This document shows positions 61,078-64,000 of a DNA stretch of 64,000 bases, piece by piece; position 1 is the stretch's first letter, and each line of letters opens with the position of its first letter. The stretch lies in the NCBI GenBank assembly GCA_965655095.1, contig OZ296650.1, positions 134,044,001 through 134,108,000 on the forward strand, given 5' to 3'. A program made the translations under genes and the position numbers. The notes under the pieces were generated by a model that was not told the DNA's origin, searched no databases, and was given only the letters and a program-made list of their open reading frames with translations. The DNA is from Haplodiscus bocki. Its lineage: Eukaryota.

Positions 61078-64000
61078 ATGCAAACCGCCTTGTTTACTAT
61101 GTTGACATCATTGTGCTTTATCTGCAAACTTTTTATCTTTTCAAAATAATTCAATGTCCATTTCTTGCATCTGAAAAACCAGTTGAACAGATTACAATAG
61201 CTTTAACTTGTGTCTTATTGCTAACTTAACTAGTTTTATAATAAAGTGCTTTTTCTGATGAACTCCCTCAAACCTGTTCCCTTGTCTTTTTGTGTTTCTA
61301 TTCGTTGGGCTACCCATTTCTGTTTTTTGTATGAAATCAATTGCATCTTTAATTTTCGCCGTGTTTTACAATAGTTACACTTTTCAAGAAGTACAGCAAG
61401 TTACTGTAGTTGTAGTATGCATAGTCCGCAAAATTAGTTTAAAGTTAAAACTGACTTGTTCCCTTAGTTTTTTCAATAGTTTCAACGAAGTTCTCCGAAG
61501 GTGAGCGTTTTTGTTCGAAAATTGTTTGTTTTCCCAGATAGTGGACCATATTATGTGAAGCCAGATCTGAAACTTGGATTATAAACTATAGGTTAATGAG
61601 CATCCCGTATTGTCAGCAAAAGAACGATATATTTTCAGTGGATGCTTTGCGGCACAATGTTTTAGTTTCCATCTTTGTCTGAACAAAAGACCATACTTGA
61701 AAAAATTGAATAAACCTGAAATGTTTGATTTGAAATTTTTGTTATTCGTTTGCAGTATCATTTTGGCTATTTTCTGGAAAATGTAATTGCCTCAGAGGCT
61801 GTCGTTGGGTAACTGCCACTGATATCTCGGGGACTTCCAAGGGAAGTGCCGAAGTTCTTATGGGTTTCTTTGTTAAAAAGTTTCTCTCAAAATTTTCATT
61901 TCCTGGTAGCGAAAACAGATATTATGAATTTGAGCACACTTGAACAAACGTAGGATAATTTTGTGACGCACTTAATCTTGGGAACTTTAGAAATAATTTC
62001 AGCATTTTAACGAAAACTCCATTTCTGAACGAACCTCTTGTGTCCGATCATAAGTTCTATAAGAAATTGAATTTGTTAGAAGTCATCATGTGTGTACTAT
62101 TTGAAGCATTGGTTGTTATAACTTTAAATTGATATTGGCCGCACGTTGGTACCCACCGAAATAAATTTCAACAAGTTTTTAATGCTTCTTTGTGTTAACT
62201 GTAAAACAACGCAAACTTTGTGTTGCTGTGCTGAATTTGACTGAAACCGCTTGGAGCTTCGTAAATAGGCACTGTCCAATTAACGACTGGAATTTACTCG
62301 TTTTTGCGTCGAACCATTTTTTAATAGTCAAATGCCTAAAGAATCAGTCCTAATGATTCGTGGCTGTTGGATTTCGTGCCTTAACATTGTGTACTTTTGA
62401 GAGTTAAAAGAGGAGTTTTGAGATAACCCGTCAACAAAATGATGATTAATCGGTTGATCATGTGTAGCTGCCTTCTATGTGACTGCTAGATTTTTGAGAT
62501 CATTTCCATTTCGGATAACTGTCAATCAGGCGGCTGCGAGCAACCAACCAAGACTGCAAACTCTGCAATATGTTTGATGTTTTTGCAGCATTAAAAAGTG
62601 TCGCCCTCCGGCAATTCGCAATGAAACGAATCATAATTTTTACTGTGTGAAAGTCCTTTGTCTTGCATTTGTTGCATTGAATCGAATTTTTGCTGGTGCT
62701 TCCCCCCTTGCAATCGTAATCGTGTCCCAAAACTCGCACTTCTCACGTCAGAAACCATTTTTGTTTAATTTTTTCTTCCATGAGAAAATGACTATTTCAG
62801 CAACAGTCACTCCAAATGCAACTGATTGTTTTCCAATTTCCATCAAACGCTTGGCTTTTTCAATGCGCTACGAATCAATTATCTCAGGGAAAAACTGATG
62901 ATATTTCTTAGCCACATGCAGTTCATCGATTCTTCATCTTTTGAGTGAATTCAGATTTTTGCAGTACATTTGTCAGAAAAGTACGTGTGCAATCTTGCTG
63001 AATTTTTTTAATGATGACACGTTTTGTACTTTCATAGTTAATCGTTTTCGACTACTTTGCGTAAAGTTTCTTTTTTGGAAAACAGAAACAACTCATCAAA
63101 GATCCTTGTCTGAGCCATTTCACAAACTGAAACGTCATACATAAGAGTCAAATAAGTTGCAATCACAATATTTTCCTTGTATTTACAATTTGAAATGTAC
63201 TACTTTTGAACTGATTGCTTGTCCTTTCTCTAAAATGCGGTTCATTACAAAAACGATCATGGTTGCGATCATAACTTTTTGATAACAATTGTAAGCTTTT
63301 AGCTTGTTCTGGGTGTCCTGGAAGATTTTAATATCCAAGAAAAAGTTTCTTTTGAGGAAATTTTGACTTTGCAATTGCGCGGTCAAACTGGAACAAATGA
63401 TAAGTGTGCAAACAGGAACTACAGTTTGTTATCATATTACTCTCTTGATTGACACTGTTTAAGGCCACTGTGCTTTTCTTCGCATAACTTGGTTTGAATC
63501 AAATTTTCACGATGTCAATGCCCACGCCTCATAAAAGTTGAGTCCCAACAAGCTGTTTCAATTTTTGACTATTGCTCTCTTTCCACAATTTGCCTCAATT
63601 CCTATTTCTTAAGTAAATATATATCCATTGTGGCTCTAGTTTCACATTTGGCTTTTCCTCATTGTATTGCTTGTTGCACTGTACAATAGCACGGCCTCTT
63701 GAATACGTCGTATCTCAGTTGTATTACAGCGCAGACTTTCTAAATGAAATACTTGTAGAAAACTTTTGTCGATATTAAACGGTGATATGAAGTTCTGCCG
63801 CGGAATGTCCACCAGTCGAATTTTTTTGGTAGCTTATGAGTTCTCCTTCGTTTTATATGGATTATCAAATTGTGATTCACCGAATAACTGATTGAAAGTT
63901 AGTGGCAATGAAAGATAGTGGCTTTTATCCGAAAGCATCTTTTTGATTATGTACCAGCGTTTTTCTTCCGTTTCGTCTTCTTTGACCTCCATTGTGTAAT

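Larger units (their letters stand above)
48996..64000 (+). mobile_element. Helitron-like element unit 4 (3' end not seen in window)
   Basis: Palindrome, polyprotein and 21-nt repeats present; no SGNH gene, 336-aa gene or terminal module recognised before 64000. Confidence 0.7.

Overview
AT-rich DNA, probably eukaryotic (it carries a spliceosomal GT-AG intron), made almost entirely of a head-to-tail, same-strand array of four diverged copies of a large (~17 kb) rolling-circle, Helitron-like element plus a ~1 kb non-coding mini-unit. Each unit encodes a ~2700-aa polyprotein: NLS/Zn-knuckle, OTU cysteine protease, long Cys-rich unknown region, HUH/Y2 Rep, Pif1-like SF1B helicase and a C-terminal SLX1-like GIY-YIG nuclease. 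Downstream lie an intron-containing SGNH/GDSL esterase gene (units 2 and 3) and a 336-aa unknown gene (units 1-3). Only the unit 3 polyprotein is uninterrupted. Conserved cis-signals stand out against otherwise unrelated flanks: a 13-12-13 palindrome (GCCTTGGTTTTGC-N12-GCAAAACCAAGGC) 200-290 bp before every polyprotein, a mini-array of 21-nt hairpin repeats (GCWTCGACTGCATAGTGDWGC) just after it, and a ~600-bp terminal module ending in a GC-rich multi-hairpin. The units are recombinant mosaics. Element boundaries are inferred, domain calls come from motifs read by eye, and the host species cannot be determined.
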